In this document: positions 44,993-53,885 of the stretch, one piece after another | Numbering within the stretch: the first letter of the stretch is position 1 | Layout: every line of letters starts with the position of its first letter | Source: a virus | Lineage: Duplodnaviria > Caudoviricetes | Virus record (IMG/VR): IMGVR_UViG_2595698339_000001 | Coordinates: 1 to 64,000 of that record | Direction: 5' to 3' (one strand) | DNA: 64,000 nt | Notes under the pieces: model-generated | What the model saw: only the letters and a program-made list of their open reading frames with translations | Told to the model about the DNA's origin: nothing | Database searches by the model: none | Translations under genes and position numbers: made by a program

Positions 44993-45957
44993 CCGACTAC
45001 ACGGTCAAGCGGAACTACAAGGGGCAGGTGCTCGTGGCAGCACCGGACGCCCCGCCCGTGACCGGCGAATGGGTTGTGTCCAAGGACGGCAAGGACTACT
45101 TCCGCACCGAGAAGGGCCGCTCCGACGTCGAGCCATACTCCCGCACCTCCAAGGCGGGGGAGCACCTCAAGGGCAGCGGTGAAGCGCTCAGCAACTTCGC
45201 CGCCTCCATGGCCGCCCTCGGTGTGGTGATGAACGACAGCGTCCACTCCGAGCTGGCCACCCTGATCAACGAGTACGACGGCGACCCCTACTACAAGGGC
45301 GACGACGGCGGCTGGAAGTCGGGCAAGAAGCGGCTCCTGGAGCAGGTGGACATCGCCCGCAAGGTGGCCGGTGCCTCCTCCGCGTCGGCCAAGGGTACCG
45401 AGTTCCACAAGCTCGCGGAGATCGTCAACAAGGGCAAGACGCCCACCGTTGTCCGCGAGGAACTCAAGCCCCGCCTCGCCGAGTACCAGCGCCGCGTCTC
45501 CAAGGTCAAGTTCCTCCGACAAGAAATCCTGATCGTCAATGACCTCATCAAACGAGCAGGGTCCATCGACTACCTCATGGAGCTCCCTGCAGGACTCCGA
45601 ACGCCTGATGGCGTCACTCATGACGAGCCCATCATTTGCGCCGGGGACCTCAAAACCGGCAAGTGGGATCGAGACTATCCCGCTGGCGTATATGCACAGC
45701 TATTCGGCTATGCAGGCGGCTTCCGGTACAACCAAGAAACAAATGAGCGACTGCCTCTCCACCCGAACTTCAATGATCGGTGGGCGGTCCTCGTGCATTA
45801 CCCCTTGGTAGTGCCCGGTTCCACCGTCGAATTCTACTGGCTGGACATGGAAGTCGGCCGCGAAGCCGCACTCCTCAACAAGCGCCTTGACGACATGATC
45901 AAGTACTTCCAGTCGACCAAGGGCAAGCCCATTCACTTCGAGTTGGAGTCAACATGA
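44989..45957 (+). CDS. PD-(D/E)xK exonuclease (Cas4/RecB-like)
   Basis: GTEFH, AGSID, DLKTG, QL..YA motifs; near the ERF gene. Confidence 0.88.
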   Translation: MTDYTVKRNYKGQVLVAAPDAPPVTGEWVVSKDGKDYFRTEKGRSDVEPYSRTSKAGEHLKGSGEALSNFAASMAALGVVMNDSVHSELATLINEYDGDPYYKGDDGGWKSGKKRLLEQVDIARKVAGASSASAKGTEFHKLAEIVNKGKTPTVVREELKPRLAEYQRRVSKVKFLRQEILIVNDLIKRAGSIDYLMELPAGLRTPDGVTHDEPIICAGDLKTGKWDRDYPAGVYAQLFGYAGGFRYNQETNERLPLHPNFNDRWAVLVHYPLVVPGSTVEFYWLDMEVGREAALLNKRLDDMIKYFQSTKGKPIHFELEST

Positions 45958-46364
45958 CCACCGAAATCGGACAGAAGATCATCACCAAAATCCGTGAGAT
46001 CGCTGCGGAGAAGCCAGACTTCGTCTACCAACCCCCCGTCAATGACTACGCGGACCACTGCGTCTACGTCCACGGCGGGCAGCCATCCTGCATCGTGGGC
46101 CAGGCACTGTGGAAGCTGGGCATCATCGGCCCCAGTCTGGAGGTGGACCGGACCCGCATCGATGACACTGAGCCTGGAAGTGGTAGGGGATTGGAGAGCT
46201 CACCCAACCGCGCAGGTTCCCGCGGCCTGCTCCGGTACCTCGGCCTGGAGGTCTCCCCCGAGGAGGACGACTGGATTCGTGCCGTGCAGCAGAACCAGGA
46301 CTGCGAGCATTCCTGGGCAGATTCAGTGAAGTGGGCCGACTCCACGGGGGATGAGGATGCCTGA
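45954..46364 (+). CDS. hypothetical protein, paralog family copy 1 (CxY..PxCIVG.AL..Q..QD)
   Basis: Shared motifs with 48218 and 50598. Confidence 0.75.
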   Translation: MTTEIGQKIITKIREIAAEKPDFVYQPPVNDYADHCVYVHGGQPSCIVGQALWKLGIIGPSLEVDRTRIDDTEPGSGRGLESSPNRAGSRGLLRYLGLEVSPEEDDWIRAVQQNQDCEHSWADSVKWADSTGDEDA

Positions 46365-47079
46365 CGAAGCCCAGACCGGCCCACTCGCCGAGGACCCCGC
46401 CCCGCACACGCCCACTGTCTTTGAGGCGTGGTCGCGCGTCATGTCCGATGTGCAGGCCATCTCCAAGGACTCCCGCAACGAGCAGCAGCACTTCAACTTC
46501 CGCGGCATCGACGCTGTCATGAACGTGGTGGGACCGGCGCTGCGCGCGCACGGCGTCACGGTCATCCCGCGCGCCGTCGAGGAATACTCGGAGCGCTACG
46601 AGACGCAGCCCCGCGGCAACCGCCCCGGCACCCCGATGATCAACCGCCTTGTCCGGGTGGAGTTCACCGTCTTCGGGCCTCGCGGCGACTGGTTCGCTGG
46701 CACTACCTACGGTGAGGCCGCCGACTCGGGCGACAAGGCGATGTCCAAGGCTCACAGCGTGGCCTACCGGACATTCCTGTTGCAGGCTCTGACCATCCCC
46801 ACCGACGAGCCCGACCCCGACGAGGACGCGCACGAGCGCGCACCCCGCCAGGAACGCCGCCGCGAACCCAAGGACGAGCCGCCGCCGCTGAGCGACGAGA
46901 ACGCCGAGGGCCGCGCCGAACTGCGCGAGTTCTGCGAGGAGAACAACCTCGACGCCAAGGTGGTGGCGGGCAAGTTCGCCACCGACAACCCTGGCCAGTC
47001 CATCCGCACCGCCGACAATGAGACCATCCGCGCCTACATCGCAACGATGAAGGCCGGTCTCGTGAAGGCGGATGTTTAA
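46357..47079 (+). CDS. ERF-family ssDNA annealing protein
   Basis: FNFRGIDAV, GEAADSGDKA..KA.S.AYR..L...IPTD. Confidence 0.9.
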   Translation: MPDEAQTGPLAEDPAPHTPTVFEAWSRVMSDVQAISKDSRNEQQHFNFRGIDAVMNVVGPALRAHGVTVIPRAVEEYSERYETQPRGNRPGTPMINRLVRVEFTVFGPRGDWFAGTTYGEAADSGDKAMSKAHSVAYRTFLLQALTIPTDEPDPDEDAHERAPRQERRREPKDEPPPLSDENAEGRAELREFCEENNLDAKVVAGKFATDNPGQSIRTADNETIRAYIATMKAGLVKADV

Positions 47080-47383
47080 CGGCCCGAGCATCGACCCGGA
47101 CAATCTGGAACTCCCACCGATCACCGCCAACGAAGTCGATTACTTCGTCGCCCGCCAGCGCGCGCAGGCGACGCGGTCCTGCGACGTCGTCAAGGGATGC
47201 ACGGTGGGAGTTGGGTGGATGCTCAACCTCCACGAGTGCCATCAGGTGGCTGCGTGCGACGGCCACTACAAGTCGCTGCTCTACACCTACAAGCAGGGCG
47301 TGACCGATGGCTGGGTGCGCTGCCCGGATTGCGGCGAGGAGTTCACCAAGCTGCACGACATCATGACGGCAAGGAAAATCTGA
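47072..47383 (+). CDS. zinc-binding hypothetical protein
   Basis: CPDC and other Cys/His residues. Confidence 0.7.
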   Translation: MFNGPSIDPDNLELPPITANEVDYFVARQRAQATRSCDVVKGCTVGVGWMLNLHECHQVAACDGHYKSLLYTYKQGVTDGWVRCPDCGEEFTKLHDIMTARKI

Positions 47384-47853
47384 TGGACGACGACGATCTG
47401 CGCTGCAGTTGCGGAAGCCTCTACGACGACTGCGACCCGGATTACTGCTTCGATAACCCGCAGAGCTACTTCTACCCCGAGCCCAGAACATGGGACGACA
47501 TCGAGGACGACATCGCCAGTGCATTCACTGGCCAGATGAAGAACCTCGATGCCGCATTCACCCGTGAGGCGCCCAAGTACGCACCCACCTGGTGGATGCT
47601 CGTCACCGCGTGCCCCGAAGACATCAGGATCGAAGAGGATGTCGAACATGAGGACGTGATTTGTGGTGACATCCGCAGGTCGATCATTACGAACCGCAAC
47701 CTCTACCTCGCATGGGGCGAAGACAGTCGCCATCCGATCTACGCCTACTTCCAGCGCGTCGACTTCGACAAGCAGCTCTCCTGGATTAGCGACGTGCAGA
47801 TGGTTGAGCCCCCCGCCTGGGGGCTCTGGATGCCTTCTCTCATTGGAGTGTGA
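47383..47853 (+). CDS. hypothetical protein
   Basis: TGATG coupling, AAGGA RBS. Confidence 0.7.
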   Translation: MDDDDLRCSCGSLYDDCDPDYCFDNPQSYFYPEPRTWDDIEDDIASAFTGQMKNLDAAFTREAPKYAPTWWMLVTACPEDIRIEEDVEHEDVICGDIRRSIITNRNLYLAWGEDSRHPIYAYFQRVDFDKQLSWISDVQMVEPPAWGLWMPSLIGV

Positions 47854-48221
47854 TGGACGAGGAAGAGTTCCACCACGAGCCCCTCACCCCGGTGGGCATC
47901 GAGAAGCAGATGGCCCGCGCCCTTCACTACGTGAAGAAGGGCACCAAGGTGGTCAAGGAAACGCGCAGCGAATACCTGGCCAAGAAGCGCGCCTACAAGC
48001 TGGCCCTCGCCGAGGCTCGCCAGTCCGATACGGGCACGCGGGCTGACCGAGAAGACCGCGCACTCATCTCCACCAAGAAGCTCTGGGAGGAGATGGACGA
48101 GGCCGAGGTCGCCATGAAGTACGCCGAAGACAAACGAGACGACCTGGAAAAAGAACTGTCCGCATTGCAGACAGGAACCAAGTTGGTCTCCCAGGAATAC
48201 AACGTCTCGACAAGGAGATGA
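47850..48221 (+). CDS. coiled-coil protein
   Basis: Heptad-rich and charged. Confidence 0.75.
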   Translation: MMDEEEFHHEPLTPVGIEKQMARALHYVKKGTKVVKETRSEYLAKKRAYKLALAEARQSDTGTRADREDRALISTKKLWEEMDEAEVAMKYAEDKRDDLEKELSALQTGTKLVSQEYNVSTRR

Positions 48222-48595
48222 GCATGTCAGAACTGAAGCCTTTCCGCTGGGTCATTCAGCGCATCAAGGAACTCGCCGCGGAGAACCCGGAGCGGGTGGC
48301 GCACTGCCAATACTTCACGGTCGAGCGCGACGGCAGCACCCAGCCCTGCTGCATCGTGGGCCACGCCCTCGCAGAGGCAGGCATCCGCCAAGAGGAGTCC
48401 GGGGACGGCTACCACTACATCGGCAATGACACCGCCTCCACGCTGGCGGGAACCCTGGCGGGCCAGCTCCCATGGGCCGAGTTCGGCTTCGAGTCGCCCG
48501 CGGTCAACGAGCTGCGCTGGGTCTCCTTGGTCCAGCACCTCCAGGACGGCGGCTACACCTGGAGTGAGGCCGTCGAGGGCGCGGGTGACATCTGA
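48218..48595 (+). CDS. hypothetical protein, paralog family copy 2
   Basis: CQY..PCCIVGHAL..Q..QD.G..W..AV. Confidence 0.75.
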   Translation: MSMSELKPFRWVIQRIKELAAENPERVAHCQYFTVERDGSTQPCCIVGHALAEAGIRQEESGDGYHYIGNDTASTLAGTLAGQLPWAEFGFESPAVNELRWVSLVQHLQDGGYTWSEAVEGAGDI

Positions 48596-48774
48596 TGGTT
48601 GCCGTCGACAAGTCCGGGTTCCACATCAGCAACACCTATATCGGCATGCTGACGGGCCTCTCGCGCCTGTCTCACGTCTACGCGGGCACCGTCCCGTACA
48701 AGACCATCCAGCAGCGCCGCAAGAAGAACCGGGCAGCCAAGCGCTCCCGCAAGATCAACCGGAGGCAGCGATGA
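48595..48774 (+). CDS. small Arg/Lys-rich protein (59 aa)
   Basis: Read manually; ends RRKKNRAAKRSRKINRRQR; coupled at both ends. Confidence 0.65.
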   Translation: MVAVDKSGFHISNTYIGMLTGLSRLSHVYAGTVPYKTIQQRRKKNRAAKRSRKINRRQR

Positions 48775-49004
48775 TCAGCGAGAAGTGGCTGGGCACCATC
48801 AAGAAGGGCGAGGAGGCCCTCAAGTTCATCAGGGAGGGGCTCGCAAAGCTCAGCGAAGACGGGCACCCTGACGCGGGCATCCTCCGCACGCAACTGCGTC
48901 GCTTGGAGTGCGAATTCCGCGATGCGCGTGACGATGGCAGCGGCGACAGCGAGTACAGGGAAATCCTGGAGCTCACCAAGATGGTCTCGGAACGGCTGAA
49001 GTGA
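48771..49004 (+). CDS. hypothetical protein
   Basis: GGAGG RBS, ATGA coupling. Confidence 0.65.
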   Translation: MISEKWLGTIKKGEEALKFIREGLAKLSEDGHPDAGILRTQLRRLECEFRDARDDGSGDSEYREILELTKMVSERLK

Positions 49005-49414
49005 CCCGCGTCGTCTTGGTCACCGGCTCCCGTGACCTCACCGAGGAACACATCGTCCACGAGGAGCTCTACACCGAGGCGCGCAAGGCGGGCGGTCTGC
49101 ACAACCTCACCGTCCGCCACGGCGGCGCCGCGGGCGCTGACCACTGGGCGCACACCTTCTGCGTGAAGCACCCAGAGGTCACCGAGGACGAAGTCAAGGC
49201 CGACTGGAATCGGGACTGCACCGGCCAGTGCTTCCACGGCCCCCGCTACAAGGACGGCAAGCCCTACTGCCCAGTCGCCGGGGTCCTGCGCAACCAGGCC
49301 ATGGTCGACAAGGGTGCCGACATCGCCCTGGCCTTCCCCCGCGGGCAGGCCCGAGGCGCCAACGACTGCATCAGGCGGGCCAAGAAGGCGCAGATTCCCG
49401 TCGTCGTCCGGTGA
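49001..49414 (+). CDS. SLOG-family (YspA/DUF2493-like) protein
   Basis: VLVTGSR, HGGAAGAD, RNQAMV motifs. Confidence 0.8.
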   Translation: MTRVVLVTGSRDLTEEHIVHEELYTEARKAGGLHNLTVRHGGAAGADHWAHTFCVKHPEVTEDEVKADWNRDCTGQCFHGPRYKDGKPYCPVAGVLRNQAMVDKGADIALAFPRGQARGANDCIRRAKKAQIPVVVR

Positions 49415-49728
49415 ACGAGAAGGAGTGCCGGGAGCGGGCCAACGAGCGTGAAGCAGGCTACTGCGCGCTCTGCGGCCTCTACCTCCCCCTCACCCTCCAC
49501 CACCGCAAGAAGCGCAGTCAGGGCGGCAAATGGGACCTGACCAACTGCGTCATGGTCTGCGGCCACGGCACCAAGGGCTGCCACGGCTGGATCGAAAACA
49601 ACCCGAATGCCGCCGAGGACAAGGGCTTTCACGTCCGCCCCTGGCAGAACCCCGCAGAAACGCCACTGCTCTACCAGGGCAGGCAAGCACTACTCACCGA
49701 AGAGGGAACGGTCGAACATGTCAGTTGA
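49411..49728 (+). CDS. HNH endonuclease
   Basis: CALCG, HHRKKRSQGG, N...CG..CH. Confidence 0.85.
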   Translation: MNEKECRERANEREAGYCALCGLYLPLTLHHRKKRSQGGKWDLTNCVMVCGHGTKGCHGWIENNPNAAEDKGFHVRPWQNPAETPLLYQGRQALLTEEGTVEHVS

Positions 49729-49954
49729 CGGAGTCGCCAAGCGCGGACCCGAGAAGGGCCGCATCGTCATCACCCTGGAGACCACCATCCCGCGCGCCGT
49801 CTGGCCGCGCTACAAGGAGCGCCTGGGCTACGTCTCCGACGCCATCGACTGCCTGCGGGTCGACGTCCAGGACTACAAGGACGGCTACATCAGCCTCGAG
49901 GAGCTCATCGCCCTCGCTGACGACGGCGGCATCTCCGTCCAAGTCGGCAAATGA
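49718..49954 (+). CDS. hypothetical protein
   Basis: Operon position, codon usage. Confidence 0.65.
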   Translation: MSVDGVAKRGPEKGRIVITLETTIPRAVWPRYKERLGYVSDAIDCLRVDVQDYKDGYISLEELIALADDGGISVQVGK

Positions 49955-50601
49955 GCGACGTCCAGGTTAGTCGCAACTTCCACAAGCACCCCAAGGTGGT
50001 CGCCAGCTCCAATGGCGCCCTCGGCTTGTGGATCAAGGCGCTGTCCTGGTCCCGCGCCCACCGCAAGAAGGGCCACGTCCCCGCGGCCGACGCTGAACTC
50101 ATGGGCACCCCCGAGGAAATCCGAGAGCTGGTCGACAACCGGCTGTGGGACGTGGTCGAGGGCGGCTACCGCTACCACGACTACGGCGACTGGTACTGGA
50201 ACCCCAGGACCACCGCGGAGAACCTCGTCTACCACGTCGTGGGCGACGCCCACCCCGACCGTGTCCTGCGCCAACTGGAACAGCAGATCGAAAGCCTCCT
50301 GACCGAGGGCACGGAGATCGCGGTTGCTGAGCGCGCGCTGAAGCTGTGGCTGGCGAAACCCAACGCCGGGGTAGCTCTGCTGCCCTACCTCGTTTCCGAC
50401 GCTCTACGAGCTACAGGGAACGCAGCAATCGAGGAAGCGCTGCGAGACGCCTACCGCACCGGGGACATGACCCCCCTCCTGGAGCACGGCTACATCTACG
50501 AGCTCCCAGACCCCGAACCCGGGATGACCATCGAGCAAGTCCGAGCCGCCACCCTGGCTCACAAGCGAGAGCAGATCAAGAAATGGCAACAGGAACTGTG
50601 A
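49951..50601 (+). CDS. putative replication initiator / DNA-binding protein
   Basis: FHKHPK..A.GLW..GY.YHDY motif common in actinophage replication proteins; upstream of DnaB. Confidence 0.55.
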   Translation: MSDVQVSRNFHKHPKVVASSNGALGLWIKALSWSRAHRKKGHVPAADAELMGTPEEIRELVDNRLWDVVEGGYRYHDYGDWYWNPRTTAENLVYHVVGDAHPDRVLRQLEQQIESLLTEGTEIAVAERALKLWLAKPNAGVALLPYLVSDALRATGNAAIEEALRDAYRTGDMTPLLEHGYIYELPDPEPGMTIEQVRAATLAHKREQIKKWQQEL

Positions 50602-50930
50602 CCCCGCCCACCGCCACCCAGCTCGCCGAAGAGGTGAAGCGCCTCGCCGCCGAGTACCCCGACAAGCAGGCGGCCTGCCAATACTTCGAGTCGGACACGG
50701 GAGAGCCCTGCTGCATCGTCGGTCACGCGCTGGCCAAGTTCGGCTACACCTACGCCGACGCCAAGCGTCAATGGAACACCGGCGTCGACGTCGGGGAGCT
50801 CTTCCACAAGGGCGTCATCGCCCTCGGCGACGGCGAGAGTTATGACCTCCTCGACGGCCTGAGAGAAGTCCAGAGCGCCCAAGACGACGGCCTCCCGTGG
50901 GGTGAAGCAGTGAAGGCCCTGAGTGAATGA
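50598..50930 (+). CDS. hypothetical protein, paralog family copy 3
   Basis: CQY..PCCIVGHAL..Q..QDDG..W..AV. Confidence 0.75.
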   Translation: MTPPTATQLAEEVKRLAAEYPDKQAACQYFESDTGEPCCIVGHALAKFGYTYADAKRQWNTGVDVGELFHKGVIALGDGESYDLLDGLREVQSAQDDGLPWGEAVKALSE

Positions 50931-52185
50931 GCAACCACCCCAGGACCTAGCCGCCGAGTCAGCAGTCCTCGGCGCCATGCTTCTCTCCAAGAACGCCACC
51001 CCGGCCGTCATGGAGATTCTCAAGCCCGAGGACTTCTACCGCCCCAACCACGCCACCGTCTACCAGATCATCACCGACCTCTACATGGCCGGTGAGTCCG
51101 CCGACGTCATCACCGTCGCCGCGGAGCTCGGCAAGCAAGGGATGCTGAACAAGATCGGAGCCCCCCAGCTCCTCGACATGCAGCAGAACGTGCCCTCCGC
51201 GCTCAACGCCACGACGTACGCCACCATCGTCAAGGACAAAGCCAGGCAGCGTCGCCTCATCGAACTGGGCGACCGCTGCCGCCAGCTCGGCTACACCGAC
51301 GCCACCACCTCCGAAGAGGTCGACGCGCTCATCGCCCAAGCTGGCCAGTTCCTCTCCGAGGTGGAGCAACCCACCGGCAACGGGCTCGGCTTCGCCCAGC
51401 TCGTAGAGAAGTGGCGGACCTGGCAAGACCAGCCCTCCGACGTCATCCCCACCCCATGGCCCGAACTCAACAGGTGGATTCCGGGCGGGGGATTCTCCCC
51501 GGGGAACCTGGTGGTCGTCGGCGGCCGCCCCGGCGCGGGCAAGAGTAACGCCGGTCTGAACATCATCTCCAAGGCCGCCGAAGACAAGCTCAAGAGCCTG
51601 GTCTTCTCCGTGGAGATGGACGACGTCGAAGTGTTCAGCCGACTCCTCGCGGCAGGCACCTGGTCCCCGCTCTCGCAGATCATCGGCCGCAGCATGGAGA
51701 ACTCCACGTGGGAGCGCGTCGAGGAATACCTCGACACCCACAAGGACCTCCCCCTGGAAATCCACGACGACGCCTCCCTGCGTGTCGAGGAAGTGGTCTC
51801 CCGCTGCCGGGTGCGCAAGCCCAAGGTGGTGATGGTCGACTACGCCCAGCTGATGGAGAACAGCAACCCCAAGTGGGACGAGCGCACCAACATTGCGCAC
51901 ATCTCCCGCAGCCTCAAGGTGGCGGCCAAGCAGCTGCACATGGTGGTGGTCCTGGCATCACAGCTCAACCGAGAAAACACGAAATCCACGGCCAAGAACG
52001 GCCCCGCCATCCCCGACCTGACCAACCTGGCCGGTGGCGACTCTCTGGGCCGCGACGCGGACGTTGTCCTCCTCCTCCAGAAGGCCGACGACAACATCAT
52101 CCGCATGCACGTGGAGAAGAACCGGAACGGACGCACAGGAATGATCGAACTAGTGGCCCGCGGCGCGATGTCGAGGGTCGGATGA
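50923..52185 (+). CDS. dnaB: DnaB-like replicative helicase
   Basis: AESAVLG, GRPGAGKS, FSVEM, VDYAQL, SQLNRE, KNRNG. Confidence 0.96.
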   Translation: MNEQPPQDLAAESAVLGAMLLSKNATPAVMEILKPEDFYRPNHATVYQIITDLYMAGESADVITVAAELGKQGMLNKIGAPQLLDMQQNVPSALNATTYATIVKDKARQRRLIELGDRCRQLGYTDATTSEEVDALIAQAGQFLSEVEQPTGNGLGFAQLVEKWRTWQDQPSDVIPTPWPELNRWIPGGGFSPGNLVVVGGRPGAGKSNAGLNIISKAAEDKLKSLVFSVEMDDVEVFSRLLAAGTWSPLSQIIGRSMENSTWERVEEYLDTHKDLPLEIHDDASLRVEEVVSRCRVRKPKVVMVDYAQLMENSNPKWDERTNIAHISRSLKVAAKQLHMVVVLASQLNRENTKSTAKNGPAIPDLTNLAGGDSLGRDADVVLLLQKADDNIIRMHVEKNRNGRTGMIELVARGAMSRVG

Positions 52186-52370
52186 GTAACCGCGCAGAGA
52201 TTATCGCCAAGGTGCGCGAGGCGATTGAGGAACGCTTGCTCGCCCACGAGGGTCCGTACGTAAGCGTGTACGAGGATCACTGGGCGTGCCTAGACGGCGA
52301 GTTCGACCTCACCGACTTGGCCGAGGCAGCCTTCGACGCTATCGCGGACGAGTGGTCCCCTCCGTTTTGA
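52182..52370 (+). CDS. hypothetical protein
   Basis: ATGA coupling. Confidence 0.6.
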   Translation: MSNRAEIIAKVREAIEERLLAHEGPYVSVYEDHWACLDGEFDLTDLAEAAFDAIADEWSPPF

Positions 52371-52627
52371 ACCTCTTCGAGCAGCTCATGCAGCCAGGCG
52401 GTAGCGAAACCGCAATCGACATGAGCTGGCACGGTAAGGCGAAATGCCAAGGGGACCTACGGTTCTCAAGCCACAAACCTGACGAAGAACTCACCGAAGA
52501 ACTCACCGAGATTTGCCTGAACTGCCCGGTCTTCACGCGCTGCATGGTCGACCTGGCGGACAGCACCTCGGTGTTCGTCGCCGGGGAGTGGAAGGAAGAC
52601 GATGAAGATCATACTGGTTTGCCCTGA
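52367..52627 (+). CDS. WhiB-like protein (divergent)
   Basis: W...AKC..., IC..CPV..RC four-Cys pattern. Confidence 0.7.
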   Translation: MNLFEQLMQPGGSETAIDMSWHGKAKCQGDLRFSSHKPDEELTEELTEICLNCPVFTRCMVDLADSTSVFVAGEWKEDDEDHTGLP

Positions 52628-52823
52628 GCTTCCGGGCGGAAGGCTGGCCATCGGCCTGCCCGCGTGCCCGAGCCGCGGCGACGAAATCCAAATCCTGCCC
52701 GACTCCGAGCCGTTCATCGACGTGCGCTTCATCGTCACCGACGTGGCCTGGCAGGCTGGCGGCAAGTTTGACGGCTACTCCACATTCGCTCCCAACGTCT
52801 TCTGTGAGGTTGTCGATGGGTAG
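52602..52823 (+). CDS. hypothetical protein
   Basis: Operon position. Confidence 0.6.
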   Translation: MKIILVCPELPGGRLAIGLPACPSRGDEIQILPDSEPFIDVRFIVTDVAWQAGGKFDGYSTFAPNVFCEVVDG

Positions 52824-53181
52824 GCACTCCGCCGAGGTCCTCGTGCGGCTCTTCTATTCGGATCGGGACCCGCGCTACATCGACGTCACTGCCTGGGATG
52901 AGCGAGACGGCGAGGGGGAGTTCTACCTTCCGTTGAGTCACCCGGCCACGGACTTCCTCATGGCCGCGACATTGGACGACTACGAGCTCCGTATGTTCAT
53001 CGCCTCCGCTAGCTCAGGTGTCGAGTGGCACCTGTACCAGGCGGCCAAGGGTATAGCCCTCCCGGATGACCCATACGGACCTCGCAACTGGGTGCGCTTC
53101 CGGGTCCTGGAGCACTACAAGTACCTGCGCTCACGCATGGCCCCAGACGAGTGGGTCCGCAACCTGTACGGAGTCGAATGA
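52816..53181 (+). CDS. hypothetical protein
   Basis: GAGG RBS. Confidence 0.65.
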   Translation: MGRHSAEVLVRLFYSDRDPRYIDVTAWDERDGEGEFYLPLSHPATDFLMAATLDDYELRMFIASASSGVEWHLYQAAKGIALPDDPYGPRNWVRFRVLEHYKYLRSRMAPDEWVRNLYGVE

Positions 53182-53540
53182 CCAACCGCAGCAAGCAGAA
53201 GGGCACCGAATTCGAGACCCGCATCACGAACGGTCTGATCGAAGCCCTCGGCAACGAAGACATCGAACGCCGCACCCTCAGCGGCATCCATGACCGCGGT
53301 GACATCGCGGGCGTCAAGCTCAACGGCCAGCGCGTCGTCATCGAGTGCAAGAACGTCGCCACCGGCAAGGTCCTCCACCTCCCGCAGTGGGTGGAAGAGG
53401 CCCAGACGGAGGCCAAGAACGACGGCGCCCTGGTCGGTGTCGTCATCCACAAGCGCGCCGGAACCACCGACCCCATGAAGCAGTGGGTGTCCATGACCGT
53501 CGCCGACCTCGTCGCCATCCTCACCGGAGTGCCGCAGTGA
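53178..53540 (+). CDS. Holliday junction resolvase (Hjc-like)
   Basis: SKQKGTEFE, DRGDI, IECKN motifs. Confidence 0.85.
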   Translation: MTNRSKQKGTEFETRITNGLIEALGNEDIERRTLSGIHDRGDIAGVKLNGQRVVIECKNVATGKVLHLPQWVEEAQTEAKNDGALVGVVIHKRAGTTDPMKQWVSMTVADLVAILTGVPQ

Positions 53541-53731
53541 AGAACCCGCTCAACAACTACCGCGCCGTCGACACAATGGGCAGATTCCTCACCCACCTCG
53601 CCATCCTGCTCGCCATTGCCTTCTTCATGGAGGGCCATGCGGACTGGGGGGTGGCCTACATCATGGGGGCTGTACTGGCCATCGCAGTAGTCGTACTGGC
53701 TGATAGGTCAAATTACTTGAACGGCAAGTGA
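53537..53731 (+). CDS. small membrane protein
   Basis: Two hydrophobic segments. Confidence 0.65.
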   Translation: MKNPLNNYRAVDTMGRFLTHLAILLAIAFFMEGHADWGVAYIMGAVLAIAVVVLADRSNYLNGK

Positions 53732-53885
53732 AAAAAGCTAGGGACACCAGCAGAGACCTCTCCCGACCCTCAAATAACCCTATTTCAAGCCGGGGGTCTC
53801 GCATTGCTGGCTTCCACGAGGGTCCGCCGCGCGCCCGAGAGCCCTAGAAGCGCGGCACAAACTTCCAACCATAAGGGATCATTCG

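Noticed and set aside
44989-45957. Cas4-like nuclease as evidence of a CRISPR system
   Set aside because: Solo exonuclease beside an ERF annealing protein, the usual phage recombination pair; no array seen
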